DNA of 64,000 nt from Microbacterium sp. (GCF_052099035.1 NZ_JBQDSX010000012.1:14839-78838); one strand, 5' to 3'. Counted from the first letter of the stretch, positions 49,227-58,993 are shown. Notes: generated from the letters alone by a model not told the origin. Translations and numbers: made by a program.

Positions 49227-50675
49227 TCAAACCAGGGCGAGCACGCTGTCGTAGGCGTCTGCGGCGACAGCATCCCCGGAACCGCCGAACACACGCGCGA
49301 TGCCGGGATCCGTTGACCACGCGGACCACCCAGGATCCCCACCAGCAACGAAAGCGACCGCAGCGCCGTGCATCTCGTCTGCCAGCTCCTGCGGAGGATT
49401 CGGTCCGGCCAGCGAGGCGACCTTCTCGCGATCGAGCCCGTCGAACCAGAATGGCACGTCGAGGCAGTGGCACGCCCAGCCCTTGGTCGGGGATACCCAG
49501 GAGAACCGGTACGCCCACGTCGCGGCATCCGCACCGATTCTCGCCTCGGCGACGCGCGGCACGAGCACGCGGAAAATGTGGTCGCTGATGAATCTTCCGG
49601 CCATCGCGACGCTGCCCTTCTTGCGCTGAGGCCGGTTCGCGGCGAGGTATGCGCGCCGGATCGCCCGCGTGCGCAGGAACGGCCACAGCAGAAGCCCCGC
49701 CGGGACGAACCGCAGCTTCCCCGCCTCGTTCTCGGCGACCATGGTGAATTCGTCATCGGCCGCGCCCAGCAGCAGCGGCTTGTCGCCACCCACCCCGGAG
49801 GCGAGAGAGTCCACAGTCGGATGCTGGATCAACTCCCCATCGACCATCGGACCCCACGGCAGGCCATCGGTCAGCATGTCGAGAACCATCCCGATCCCCT
49901 TGCGAGGTGTGGCGGCCTTCGGCTGCAGCTGGCGGATACGGCGCTCAGTCAGGCTGCGGAATCCCTCGACGTCGGCGGTGACCTCTCCGAGCTCGGCGAT
50001 CCGCTCGCCGCGGGCGCGCGCGGTCGCCAGTGGAACATCGGCCAAGGCGCCGGAGAACGACATCGCCTGGTGGAACAGGTGCTGTGCCTGCGGCATCCCG
50101 AGCAATGTCAGCACGGCGCCACCGCCGGCAGACTGCCCGCCGATCGTGACGCGATTCGGGTCGCCGCCGAAGGAGGCGATGTTCTGCTGCACCCATTCGA
50201 GTGCCGCGATCCAGTCGAGCACACCGCGGTTCGCCGGGGCGTCGGAGATGTACCCGAAGCCGTCGAATCCGAGCCGGTACGAGACCGAGACGGTGACGAC
50301 GCCGTCGCGGTTGAAGGCGCTGCCGTCGTACCAGGGGCTCGCGGGGGATCCCTCGGTGTATCCGCCGCCGTGGATCCAGACGAGCACGGGGAGCGATCCG
50401 TCCGGCGACGGTGTGAACACGTTGACGTTCAGCGTGCTCTTGCCGGGAATCGCGGGCTCGGGGATGAGGTTGTCGACGCCCGAGATCCGCAGCGCAGTCG
50501 CTCCGTACTCGGTGGCATCCAGGGTTTCCGTCCAGGGATCGGGCGGAACAGGGGCCGCGAACCGCAGTTCGCCGACCGGCGGCTTCGCGAACGGGATGCC
50601 GAGGAATGCGAGCGAGTCCGCTCTCTCCAGCACCCGAACGGGTCCGCGTGCAGTCTGAACGATCGGATCAGTCAT
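49227..50675 (-). CDS. type-B carboxylesterase
   Basis: FLGIPFAKPPVG.LRF, WIHGGG, FGGDP..VTIGGQSAGG motifs. Confidence 0.92.
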   Translation of the reverse strand: MTDPIVQTARGPVRVLERADSLAFLGIPFAKPPVGELRFAAPVPPDPWTETLDATEYGATALRISGVDNLIPEPAIPGKSTLNVNVFTPSPDGSLPVLVWIHGGGYTEGSPASPWYDGSAFNRDGVVTVSVSYRLGFDGFGYISDAPANRGVLDWIAALEWVQQNIASFGGDPNRVTIGGQSAGGGAVLTLLGMPQAQHLFHQAMSFSGALADVPLATARARGERIAELGEVTADVEGFRSLTERRIRQLQPKAATPRKGIGMVLDMLTDGLPWGPMVDGELIQHPTVDSLASGVGGDKPLLLGAADDEFTMVAENEAGKLRFVPAGLLLWPFLRTRAIRRAYLAANRPQRKKGSVAMAGRFISDHIFRVLVPRVAEARIGADAATWAYRFSWVSPTKGWACHCLDVPFWFDGLDREKVASLAGPNPPQELADEMHGAAVAFVAGGDPGWSAWSTDPGIARVFGGSGDAVAADAYDSVLALV

Positions 50676-51279
50676 GGTCGCTCCGTGTGATGAGGAGGTT
50701 CAACAGCGTATCCACGATCCCGGCCATGTCGACGGTGGGATCGAGCAGCCACTGCAGCTGCACACCGTCGGCGACGGCCTGGAAGATACGGGCGGCGGTC
50801 TCGGCATCCATCCCGGCGACGAATTCGGATGCTTCCTCGCCAACAGGACGTGATTCCTCGCCAGCAGGACGGGCACCCTCGGCGAAAGCGGCGCGCAGCC
50901 CCGCACCGCGCTGCAGGAAGAAGTCGTGCGCGGGATGCTGGGGGTCGGCCCCCTCGACCGCTTGCCGCGAGAACAGTTCGACCAGGCCCGGAGTGGAGGC
51001 ATTGTGCTCGATGACGCTCAAGAACTTCGCGCGCAGTTCGTCGATGGACCCGTCCAGCGATGACTGGTCCATCTCGTCGCGTTTGCGGAGGATCTCGACG
51101 AAGAGCTCCTCCTTCGACGCGAAGTAGTGCAGGAGGCCCGGCTGGCTGAGGCCTACGGCATCCGCGATCTCTTTGACGGATGCTGCGCGATAGCCGTCCT
51201 GGGCGATGACCTCGAGGGCTCGTTCGAGGATCTCCTCGCGCTTGGCGACACCCTTTGCGTATGAACCTCGACGTGCCAT
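50668..51279 (-). CDS. TetR-family regulator
   Basis: RGSYAKGVAKREEIL...IADAVGLSQPGLLHYF.SKEEL. Confidence 0.92.
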   Translation of the reverse strand: MARRGSYAKGVAKREEILERALEVIAQDGYRAASVKEIADAVGLSQPGLLHYFASKEELFVEILRKRDEMDQSSLDGSIDELRAKFLSVIEHNASTPGLVELFSRQAVEGADPQHPAHDFFLQRGAGLRAAFAEGARPAGEESRPVGEEASEFVAGMDAETAARIFQAVADGVQLQWLLDPTVDMAGIVDTLLNLLITRSDHD

Positions 51280-51298
51280 GAATATGAGCGTAGAGCAC

Positions 51299-51330
51299 TT
51301 GACAGCTAAAACCGAGTGAAGCTAGGTTTT
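51299..51330 (+). promoter_or_regulatory. GH3 promoter (TTGACA...TAGGTT) overlapped by palindrome AAAACCGAG-N5-CTAGGTTTT (candidate TetR operator)
   Basis: -35 at 51299, -10 at 51323, ATG 6 nt later. Confidence 0.75.
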
Positions 51331-51334
51331 GAAT

Positions 51335-53605
51335 ATGACCCAGATTTCCGCATCCGATCTCACCCTCGAGGAGAAGGCCGCGCTGACCAGCGGTGCCGAC
51401 TTCTGGCACACCAAGGGCGTTGAGCGCGTCGGCATCCCGTCCTTGATGCTCACCGACGGACCCCATGGCCTGCGCAAGCAGGCCGGAGCATCCGATCATC
51501 TGGGGCTGTCCGACAGCATCCCGGCGACGTGCTTCCCGCCGGCCGTCGCGCTGGGTTCGTCCTGGGATCCTGCCCTCGCCGAGCGCGTCGGCGAGGCGCT
51601 CGGCACCGAGGCCGCGATCGAGAACGTTGCGGTGCTCCTCGGCCCCGGCATCAACATCAAGCGCTCGCCGCTGTGCGGTCGCAACTTCGAGTACTTCTCC
51701 GAGGACCCGCTGATCTCCGGTGTGCTCAGCGCGGCGCTTGTGCGCGGCATCCAGTCCCAGGGCGTGGGTACGTCGCTCAAGCATTTCGCTGCGAACAACC
51801 AGGAAACCGATCGCCTGCGTTCCTCGAGCGATGTCGACCCGCGTCCGCTGCACGAGATCTACCTGCGCGGGTTCGAGCGGGTCGTTCGCGACGAGCAGCC
51901 GTGGACGGTCATGTGCTCGTACAACCGCCTCAACGGCGTTTACACGTCGGAGGACCCGTGGCTACTCACGAGCGTCCTGCGCGATGACTGGGGCTTCGAG
52001 GGTCTCGTCGTCTCGGACTGGGGTGCGGTCAACGATCGTGTGACCGGACTTCCGGCAGGGCTCGATCTCGAAATGCCCGCGAGCGGCGGCCGTACCGATG
52101 CGCAGCTCGTGCAGGCGGTCCGCGACGGAGTCCTCGACGAGAAGACGCTGGATGTCGCAGCGCAGCGCGCCATCGACCTGACCGAGAAGGCCGCCGCTCG
52201 GCCGGCGGCTGACGGGCCCCTCGATGTCATCGCGCACCACGCGCTGGCCCGCGAGGCGGCTGGACGCTCGATCGTGCTGCTGAAGAACGACGACGTACTG
52301 CCGCTGTCGCGCGACGCGCGCATCGCCGTGATCGGTGAGTTTGCGCGCACGCCGCGCTTCCAGGGCGCCGGATCCTCGCTCATCAACCCGACCCGCGTCG
52401 ACAGTGCACTTGACGAGATCCGCGCGCTGGCAGGTGGCGAAGTCACCTTCGCGCCCGGGTTCGCGATCGGGGCCGGTTCTTCGGCGGATGCTGCGCAGCT
52501 GCGCGCCGAGGCGGTGGATGCCGCGACATCCACCGATGTCGTCGTCCTGTTCCTCGGACTGCCTGCTCAGGAGGAGTCGGAGGGCTTCGACCGTGCGCAC
52601 ATCGATCTTCCCGCCGATCAGCTCGAGCTGCTCGAGGCTGTTCGCGCGGCGAACGAGAACGTCGTCGTCGTGCTCTCCAACGGGGGTGTGGTCGCGCTGC
52701 CGTTCCGCGACGACGTCCCGGCGATCGTCGAGGGCTGGCTGCTCGGACAGGCCGGAGGAGGGGCGACCGCCGACGTGCTGTTCGGCATCGTGAACCCTGC
52801 CGGCCGCCTCACCGAGACCGTGCCGCTGCGGCTGGAGGACAACCCGTCCTTCGGTAACTTCCCCGGTTCGCGCGGACACGTCCGCTACGGCGAGGGCATC
52901 CTCGTCGGATACCGCTGGTACGACGCCCGTGACCTCGAAGTCGCTTATCCCTTCGGGCATGGCCTCTCGTACACGACGTTCGCGTACGGTGCGGCGTCGG
53001 CCGCCGTTGCGGCAGACGCGGGCTCGGGCTCGGGCGATGTCACCGTGACCGTTCCTGTGACGAACACCGGTGCGCGCGATGGACGCGAGGTCGTGCAGGT
53101 CTACGTGTCGCCGGTCTCATCAGAGGTTGAGCGGGCACCGCGCGAGCTCAAGGGCTTCGCATCGGTGGAGATCGCTGCGGGCGAGACAGCCGACGTGCAG
53201 GTGAACGTGCGCCGCGCGGACCTCGCGTACTGGGACATCCGCGTGGACCGCTGGACTGTCGAGGGCGGCGACTACCGCGTCGAGGTCGGCGCATCGAGCC
53301 GCGACATCCGCTCGTCCACGACGATCGAGGTCGCCGGCGATGAGGTCGTCGTGCCGTTGACGATGAACTCGTCGGTCGGCGAGGTGCTCGCGCATCCCGT
53401 CGCGGGTCCCGTGGCGAAGCAGGCGATGGATGCCATGATGGCCGACCTCGCGCCGATGGATGCTGCCGGCGCATCGATGATGGAGGGCGAGGACGCGATG
53501 CAGAAGATGATGGCGTCGTTCCCGATCGGGCGCATCGCGCTGTTCACGGGGGATGCCTCGGTCACCGATCAGATCGAGCAGCTCATCGCGCTCGGGAACG
53601 CGTAG
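51335..53605 (+). CDS. GH3 beta-glucosidase
   Basis: TDGPHG, GRNFEYFSEDP, KHFAANNQE, VVSDW, VLLKN and PFGHGLSYT motifs. Confidence 0.94.
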   Translation: MTQISASDLTLEEKAALTSGADFWHTKGVERVGIPSLMLTDGPHGLRKQAGASDHLGLSDSIPATCFPPAVALGSSWDPALAERVGEALGTEAAIENVAVLLGPGINIKRSPLCGRNFEYFSEDPLISGVLSAALVRGIQSQGVGTSLKHFAANNQETDRLRSSSDVDPRPLHEIYLRGFERVVRDEQPWTVMCSYNRLNGVYTSEDPWLLTSVLRDDWGFEGLVVSDWGAVNDRVTGLPAGLDLEMPASGGRTDAQLVQAVRDGVLDEKTLDVAAQRAIDLTEKAAARPAADGPLDVIAHHALAREAAGRSIVLLKNDDVLPLSRDARIAVIGEFARTPRFQGAGSSLINPTRVDSALDEIRALAGGEVTFAPGFAIGAGSSADAAQLRAEAVDAATSTDVVVLFLGLPAQEESEGFDRAHIDLPADQLELLEAVRAANENVVVVLSNGGVVALPFRDDVPAIVEGWLLGQAGGGATADVLFGIVNPAGRLTETVPLRLEDNPSFGNFPGSRGHVRYGEGILVGYRWYDARDLEVAYPFGHGLSYTTFAYGAASAAVAADAGSGSGDVTVTVPVTNTGARDGREVVQVYVSPVSSEVERAPRELKGFASVEIAAGETADVQVNVRRADLAYWDIRVDRWTVEGGDYRVEVGASSRDIRSSTTIEVAGDEVVVPLTMNSSVGEVLAHPVAGPVAKQAMDAMMADLAPMDAAGASMMEGEDAMQKMMASFPIGRIALFTGDASVTDQIEQLIALGNA

Positions 53606-53623
53606 CGGGCGGCGCGGCGGGGG

Positions 53624-54601
53624 TTACTCCGCCGCGCGGCGGGCTTCCCACCCCGTGCGCACCATCTCGTCGACGGTGTAGCGCATCTTCCAGTCCAGGT
53701 CGCGGGCGGCGAGCTCACCCGTCGCGACGATGCGGTCTGGGTCGCCGGGACGGCGCGGGCCGATCTCGGGCGTGAAGTCGATTCCGGTGACGCGGACCAT
53801 GGCATCCATGATCTGCTTCACGCTCAAGCCGTCGCCGGAGCCGAGGTTGTACGCGGCCTCGATCGACTGACCGGATGCCAGGCGCTTCGCAGCCTCGACG
53901 TGGGCGGCCGCGATGTCGCCGACGTGGACGTAGTCGCGAACGTTCGTGCCGTCCTCGGTCGCATAGTCATCGCCGTTGATGCGCGGCGTCTCACCGGCGA
54001 TGAGCTTCTCGAACACGATGGGGAAGAGATTGTGCGGGCTCACGTCGTACACGGTCGTGTCGGCGGAGCCGACGACGTTGAAGTAGCGCAGGGACGTGTG
54101 ACGCAGCGGGTGCTCGGACTCAGCTGTCGCGATCGCCTGGTCGCGCAGCATCCATTCGCCGATCAGTTTCGATTCGCCGTACGGGCTTGCCGGCTTCTTC
54201 GCGGTGTCTTCGACGACCAGCGCGACGTCCGGGGTGCCGAAGACAGCTGCGGAAGAGGAGAAGACGATGTTGTGGACGCCGGCGGCTTCCATCGCTTCGA
54301 GGATCACGCGAGTGCCTTCGACGTTCTGCGCGTAGGTGTGCATCGGTCGCTGCACCGAGACGCCGGCGTACTTGAATCCGGCGACGTGGATGACGCCCTC
54401 GGCATGGTGATCGCGCAGCGTCTTCTCGACGAGTTCGCGGTCGAGGATGCTGCCGCTGACGAAGGGCACACCCTCGGGGATGAACGATGTCTGACCGCTG
54501 GAGAGGTCATCGAGGACGACCGGGGTGAGCCCGGCATCCGCCAGTGCGCGAACGACGTGTGCTCCGATGTACCCGGCGCCGCCGGTGACGATCCAACTCA
54601 T
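53624..54601 (-). CDS. galE: UDP-glucose 4-epimerase
   Basis: VTGGAGYIG, FSSSAAV, YGESK, LRYFN, RDYVHV and RRPGD motifs. Confidence 0.94.
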   Translation of the reverse strand: MSWIVTGGAGYIGAHVVRALADAGLTPVVLDDLSSGQTSFIPEGVPFVSGSILDRELVEKTLRDHHAEGVIHVAGFKYAGVSVQRPMHTYAQNVEGTRVILEAMEAAGVHNIVFSSSAAVFGTPDVALVVEDTAKKPASPYGESKLIGEWMLRDQAIATAESEHPLRHTSLRYFNVVGSADTTVYDVSPHNLFPIVFEKLIAGETPRINGDDYATEDGTNVRDYVHVGDIAAAHVEAAKRLASGQSIEAAYNLGSGDGLSVKQIMDAMVRVTGIDFTPEIGPRRPGDPDRIVATGELAARDLDWKMRYTVDEMVRTGWEARRAAE

Positions 54602-54636
54602 GTGCTCCCTCTCGTCGGTAGTCCCATTCTCCCATC

Positions 54637-54701
54637 CCGTTCAGGTCGCAAACTCTGTCGCTCTGAGGCCGGGATAACGACGGAGATCGCGACCTGAACG
54701 G
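54637..54701. repeat. Family C hairpin/MITE-like element
   Basis: CCGTTCAGGTCGC / GCGACCTGAACGG 13-bp terminal inverted repeats. Confidence 0.8.
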
Positions 54702-54709
54702 AGGTGTGG

Positions 54710-55930
54710 TCACACGTCGCGGTGCGCGCCGGCCGCGGGAGCGACCTCGAAGATGTGCGGTGCAGTGAAACCGGATGCCGCGAACGCGGCGGTCACGGCA
54801 TCCGAAACCTGCTGCCCTGCGGCCTTCTCGATCAGTGCGATCGCGGCGCCGCCGAATCCGCCACCGGTCATGCGCGCACCGATCGCTCCCGATGTCAGTG
54901 CGGTGTCGACAGCCACGTCGAGCTCGGGCGTGGAGATCTCGAAGTCGTCGCGCATCGACGCGTGGGAGGCGATGAGCAGGTCGCCGATCGCACGCGCACC
55001 GCTCTCACGCAGCACCCGCACAGTGTCGAGCACGCGCTGATTCTCGGTGACGATGTGGCGCACGCGGCGGAAGGTCACATCGTCCATGAGCTCCTCAGCA
55101 CGTACGAGATCGTCCACGGACACATCCCGCAGCGACGGGACGCCCATGATGGCAGCACCCTGCTCGCACGATGCGCGACGTTCGCGGTATCCGCCCGTGG
55201 AGTGCGCATGCTTCACCTGCGTGTCCATGACGAGGATCGTCAGCCCTGCATCGGCCATGCCGAGTTCGACGAGGTTCGCGTCGAGCGTGCGGCAGTCCAG
55301 GAACAGCGCCTGATCGCGTTCGCCGAGCATGGATGCCATCTGATCCATGATTCCGGTCGGCGCACCGACGGCCTCGTTCTCGGCGCGGCGCCCGATGCGG
55401 GCAAGTGCGGTGCCGTCGAGACCGATGTCCCACAGGTCGTTCAGCGCACCCGCGGTGGCGCCCTCGATGGCGGCGGACGATGACAGCCCAGCGCCGACGG
55501 GGACGTCGGACGCGATCGCGATGTCGACGCCGGAGCCTGTGGCGCCATCGACGAGCAGCGCCCAAGCGACACCGAGCGGATACGCGGCCCACTCCGCGAC
55601 CGCCGGCTTCTCGCCCGCGGTGGTCGGAAACAGCGTGGCCAGCTCGTCGAGGCCGACCTCGACCGGCTCGTCGGCGAAGGTGGATGCTACGCGAATACGC
55701 CCGTCGTCACGCATGCCGACAGCGGCATATGTGCGGTGCGGAATCGCGAACGGCAGCACGAAGCCGTCGTTGTAGTCGGTGTGCTCACCGATCAGGTTCA
55801 CGCGGCCCGGTGCGGACCAGACGCCCGCGGGGGTGTGGCCGGTAAGGTTCTCAAACAGCGTGACGGCCTGAGCGGCTGCTTCCGATCCCTGAGCCGCCGC
55901 TCCCGATCCCTGAGCCTGCCGAAGGGTCAC
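54710..55930 (-). CDS. galK: galactokinase
   Basis: APGRVNLIGEHTDYN, P.GAGLSSSAA, GIMDQ and GARMTGGGFGG motifs. Confidence 0.95.
   Translation of the reverse strand: MTLRQAQGSGAAAQGSEAAAQAVTLFENLTGHTPAGVWSAPGRVNLIGEHTDYNDGFVLPFAIPHRTYAAVGMRDDGRIRVASTFADEPVEVGLDELATLFPTTAGEKPAVAEWAAYPLGVAWALLVDGATGSGVDIAIASDVPVGAGLSSSAAIEGATAGALNDLWDIGLDGTALARIGRRAENEAVGAPTGIMDQMASMLGERDQALFLDCRTLDANLVELGMADAGLTILVMDTQVKHAHSTGGYRERRASCEQGAAIMGVPSLRDVSVDDLVRAEELMDDVTFRRVRHIVTENQRVLDTVRVLRESGARAIGDLLIASHASMRDDFEISTPELDVAVDTALTSGAIGARMTGGGFGGAAIALIEKAAGQQVSDAVTAAFAASGFTAPHIFEVAPAAGAHRDV
55868..55926 (-). repeat. Family B REP plus 21-bp tandem derivatives forming the GalK N-terminus (TLRQAQGSGAAAQGSEAAAQ)
   Basis: CCCTGAGCCTGCCGAAGGG at 55908-55926 preceded by two CTGAGC..CCGATCC units. 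Confidence 0.75.
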
Positions 55931-57111
55931 GCGCCCACCTCTTCCGCACGTGCGATTGCCTCGCGGATCCGCTCTGCGCCCTGCTCAGGGGTGACTTCGG
56001 CGGCCCACGCCCACATGGCGGCCTCCGACCCGGCGAGGAACTTCAGCTTGTCCGCAGCGCGGCGCGGGCTCGTCAGCTGCAGGTGCAGACGTACCGAGTC
56101 GCGGCCGACGTGCACCGGCGCCTGGTGCCAGGCGGCGATGTACGGGGTGGGGGTGTCGTAGAGCGCATCGACGCCGCGCAGCAGCTTCAGGTACAGCGGG
56201 GCGAGCTCGTCGCGCTCGGCGTCGGTGGTCTCGGCGAAGTCCGGCACGTGCCGATGCGGCATGAGGTGCACTTCGAGCGGCCAGCGCGCGGCGAACGGCA
56301 CGAACGCCGTCCAGTGCTCGCCGCGGAACACGACGCGCTCGGAGTCCTGTTCGGATTCGAGGATGCGCTGGAACAGATCCGGCGCGGTGCGCTCGATGCT
56401 CTCCAGCGTCCTGGTCGTGCGCGGCGTGACATAGGGGTAGGCGTAGATCTGCCCGTGCGGGTGGGGCAGTGTGACGCCGATGGCTTCGCCGCGGTTCTCG
56501 AACGGGAAGATCTGCTCGATTCCCGGCAGCTGCGAGAGGGCTGCAGTGCGGTCGGCCCAGGCTTCGATCACGGTGCGTGCGCGTGTGACCGACTGCGTTC
56601 CGAACGAGCCGGAATGATCGGGGCTGAAGCAGACGACCTCGCAGCGGCCTACAGCGGTTCGTGTGCGCTCGAGTCCGAGCGCGGCCAGGTCATCGAGTCC
56701 GCGAGGAGGGTTCTTCGCTCCGGGCGCGGTGCCGGTGGCCTCGGTAAGAGCGGGGCCGAAGGCGGGGGAGCGGTTCTCGAACACGGCGACGTCGTAGAGA
56801 GACGGCACCTCGGACGGGTTCGTCGGCGTCTGCGGCGCGAGCGGGTCAGCGTCCGCTCCGGGCATCATGACGCGGTTCTGACGGTTCGCGGCGACCGTGA
56901 TCCAGTCGCCGGTGAGGACGTCGAGGCGCATGCTCGCGCTGTCGGGACGCGGGGCGAGGTCGCGGGCGTCGACAGCGCGCTCGGCGCCGAGCGAGGTGCC
57001 GGGGTCGTCGTAGTAGAACAGTTCGCGGCCGTCGGCGAGCACTGCGGCGCGTTTTACGACGCCGGCGCTGAGTTCGATCGCGCACAACTCCGGAGATTCT
57101 TCGATGTTCAC
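55927..57111 (-). CDS. galT: galactose-1-phosphate uridylyltransferase
   Basis: LADGREL.YYD, FENRGEAIGVTLPHPHGQIY (HPH motif) and KLKFLAGSE; GTG start at 57111 is an estimate. Confidence 0.93.
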   Translation of the reverse strand: MNIEESPELCAIELSAGVVKRAAVLADGRELFYYDDPGTSLGAERAVDARDLAPRPDSASMRLDVLTGDWITVAANRQNRVMMPGADADPLAPQTPTNPSEVPSLYDVAVFENRSPAFGPALTEATGTAPGAKNPPRGLDDLAALGLERTRTAVGRCEVVCFSPDHSGSFGTQSVTRARTVIEAWADRTAALSQLPGIEQIFPFENRGEAIGVTLPHPHGQIYAYPYVTPRTTRTLESIERTAPDLFQRILESEQDSERVVFRGEHWTAFVPFAARWPLEVHLMPHRHVPDFAETTDAERDELAPLYLKLLRGVDALYDTPTPYIAAWHQAPVHVGRDSVRLHLQLTSPRRAADKLKFLAGSEAAMWAWAAEVTPEQGAERIREAIARAEEVGA

Positions 57112-57166
57112 GTAAACACGGTACCTGTTGGAGGATGGTAACGTCAACACTCCGGAGTTGTGCGCG
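57079..57166. repeat. Family D element with perfect 17-bp terminal inverted repeats enclosing the galT/lacI divergent control region
   Basis: CGCGCACAACTCCGGAG (57079-57095) / CTCCGGAGTTGTGCGCG (57150-57166). Confidence 0.8.
57105..57149. promoter_or_regulatory. two candidate LacI operators TGTTCACGTAAACA and TGGTAACGTCAACA
   Basis: 14-bp palindromes with ACGT core at 57105-57118 and 57136-57149. Confidence 0.7.
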
Positions 57167-57194
57167 GTCAGCGGCGCACACGCGTGATCGGAGG

Positions 57195-58232
57195 ATGCCG
57201 GTGACCGATGATCTGTTCGGCCCTGCGAAGCAGCGGAGGCGCCGAAGCGCTCCATCCGGCCGCGTCTCGATGGCGATGGTCGCCAGTCGTGCCGGGGTCT
57301 CCGGTCAGACCGTCTCGCGTGTTGTGAACGACAGCCCGCGCGTCGACCCCGCCACGCGTGCGCGCGTCGAGACGGCGATGGCCGAGCTCGGCTACCGTCC
57401 GCACCGGGCTGCGCGCGCTCTGCGCACCGGCCGCACCCACACGATCGGGCTTGTCGTCACGACGCTGGCCACGGTCGGTAACTCGCGGATGCTGCAGGCC
57501 GCCGCTGAAGCGGCGGAGCGTCGCGGCTACGCGCTGGTCGTCGTGACGGCCGCCGGCAGCGTCGCCGAAGCATTCGAACGGCTGCAGGATCAGAGTGTCG
57601 ACGGCGCGATCGTGCTCAACGAGGCATCCGCCCTCACGCAGCCCTCCGACGCTCCCGCGGGGCTCCGCCTCGTGGTGGTCGATGGTGCGGCACACCATGC
57701 GACGGACCTCGCACCCGCCCTGCGTTCGGTGAGCAGTGATCATGCCGGAGGTGCGGCAGAGGCGACTCGTCATCTGCTGAGCCTCGGCCACCCGAGTGTG
57801 CATCACCTGGCGGGCCCGGCGGACTCGTTCGCTGCCGCAGAGCGTGAGCTGGGATGGCGCGAGGCCTTGCGGGATGCTGGAATCGAGGCTCCGCAGCTGG
57901 TGCGGGGGGACTGGTCGGCGACCTCCGGTTATGCCGCCGCCGCGTCGCTCGAGCAGGCGACCGCGATCTTCTGCGCGAACGATCAGATGGCGCTCGGGCT
58001 CATGCGCGGACTCTCCGAGTTGGGCAGGATCGTCCCCGATGGCGTCAGCGTGGTCGGCTTCGATGACGTTCCGGATGCTGCGAACTACCGCCCTCCGCTG
58101 ACGACGATCCGTCAGGACTTCGCTGCGCTCGCAGAGGCGGCCGTGGCAGCGCTCGTCGCCGACATCGAAGACGCGGAGTCGGCGCCGGCGATCCTCATAC
58201 CGACCCGCCTGATCGAGCGGGAGAGCGCATGA
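57195..58232 (+). CDS. LacI-family regulator (probable gal repressor; start 57195 or 57201)
   Basis: SMAMVASRAGVSGQTVSRVVN, NDQMALG and PPLTTIRQDF; divergent from galT. Confidence 0.9.
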   Translation: MPVTDDLFGPAKQRRRRSAPSGRVSMAMVASRAGVSGQTVSRVVNDSPRVDPATRARVETAMAELGYRPHRAARALRTGRTHTIGLVVTTLATVGNSRMLQAAAEAAERRGYALVVVTAAGSVAEAFERLQDQSVDGAIVLNEASALTQPSDAPAGLRLVVVDGAAHHATDLAPALRSVSSDHAGGAAEATRHLLSLGHPSVHHLAGPADSFAAAERELGWREALRDAGIEAPQLVRGDWSATSGYAAAASLEQATAIFCANDQMALGLMRGLSELGRIVPDGVSVVGFDDVPDAANYRPPLTTIRQDFAALAEAAVAALVADIEDAESAPAILIPTRLIERESA

Positions 58233-58993
58233 CGATCAGAATCGGCCTGTGCTCGGTGACCTTCCGTCAGCTCACGCCCGAGCAGATCGCACCGCTCGCA
58301 GCGGATGCCGGACTCGAGGTCATCGAGTGGGGCGGCGACGTGCATGTTCCGCCGGGGGACCCGGAGCGTGCGGCGCAGATTTCAGCGCTGACGATGGATG
58401 CCGGGCTCGCCGTCAGCTCATACGGCTCATACTTTCGCGCGGGCGCGGCCGAGCCGCTCACGCCGATCCTCGACAGCGCGCAGGCGTTGGGCGCTGACCG
58501 GGTACGAGTGTGGGCAGGGCAGACCGGCTCGCCCGATGCGACCCCGGATGAATATGCACAGGTCGTCAGCCGGCTTCGGGATGCTGTCGACGAAGCGTCG
58601 GATCGCGGCATCCGCCTGGCGTTGGAATTTCACGGCGGAACCCTGGCTGACACCCCGGAGGCCGTGCTGTGCTTGCTGGCTGATGTCGGATCGCGACTGT
58701 CGACCTACTGGCAGCCGACTGTTGGTGCATCCGATGCTGTCGCGCTCGCCGAGTACGAAGCGGTGGCTGCACGCACCAGCGCGGTGCATGTGTTCTCGTG
58801 GTGGCCGGAGACGGAGCGGCTGCGGCTCGACGAGCGCGGCGAGCTGTGGCAGAAGCTCTTTGCCTCGGCGCGTGCGCAACAGGTGCCTCCGCGCGATGCT
58901 CTGCTCGAGTTCGTGCCCGGGGATGACCCGGCGTTGCTGGCATCCGAGGCTGCCGCGTTGCGCACGTTCAGGTCGCAATCTCTGTCGCTCTGA
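58229..58993 (+). CDS. sugar phosphate isomerase/epimerase (xylose isomerase-like TIM barrel)
   Basis: GLCSVTFR, IEWGGDVHVP, RVWAG, LEFH..TL.D and LLEFV motifs. Confidence 0.8.
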   Translation: MTIRIGLCSVTFRQLTPEQIAPLAADAGLEVIEWGGDVHVPPGDPERAAQISALTMDAGLAVSSYGSYFRAGAAEPLTPILDSAQALGADRVRVWAGQTGSPDATPDEYAQVVSRLRDAVDEASDRGIRLALEFHGGTLADTPEAVLCLLADVGSRLSTYWQPTVGASDAVALAEYEAVAARTSAVHVFSWWPETERLRLDERGELWQKLFASARAQQVPPRDALLEFVPGDDPALLASEAAALRTFRSQSLSL

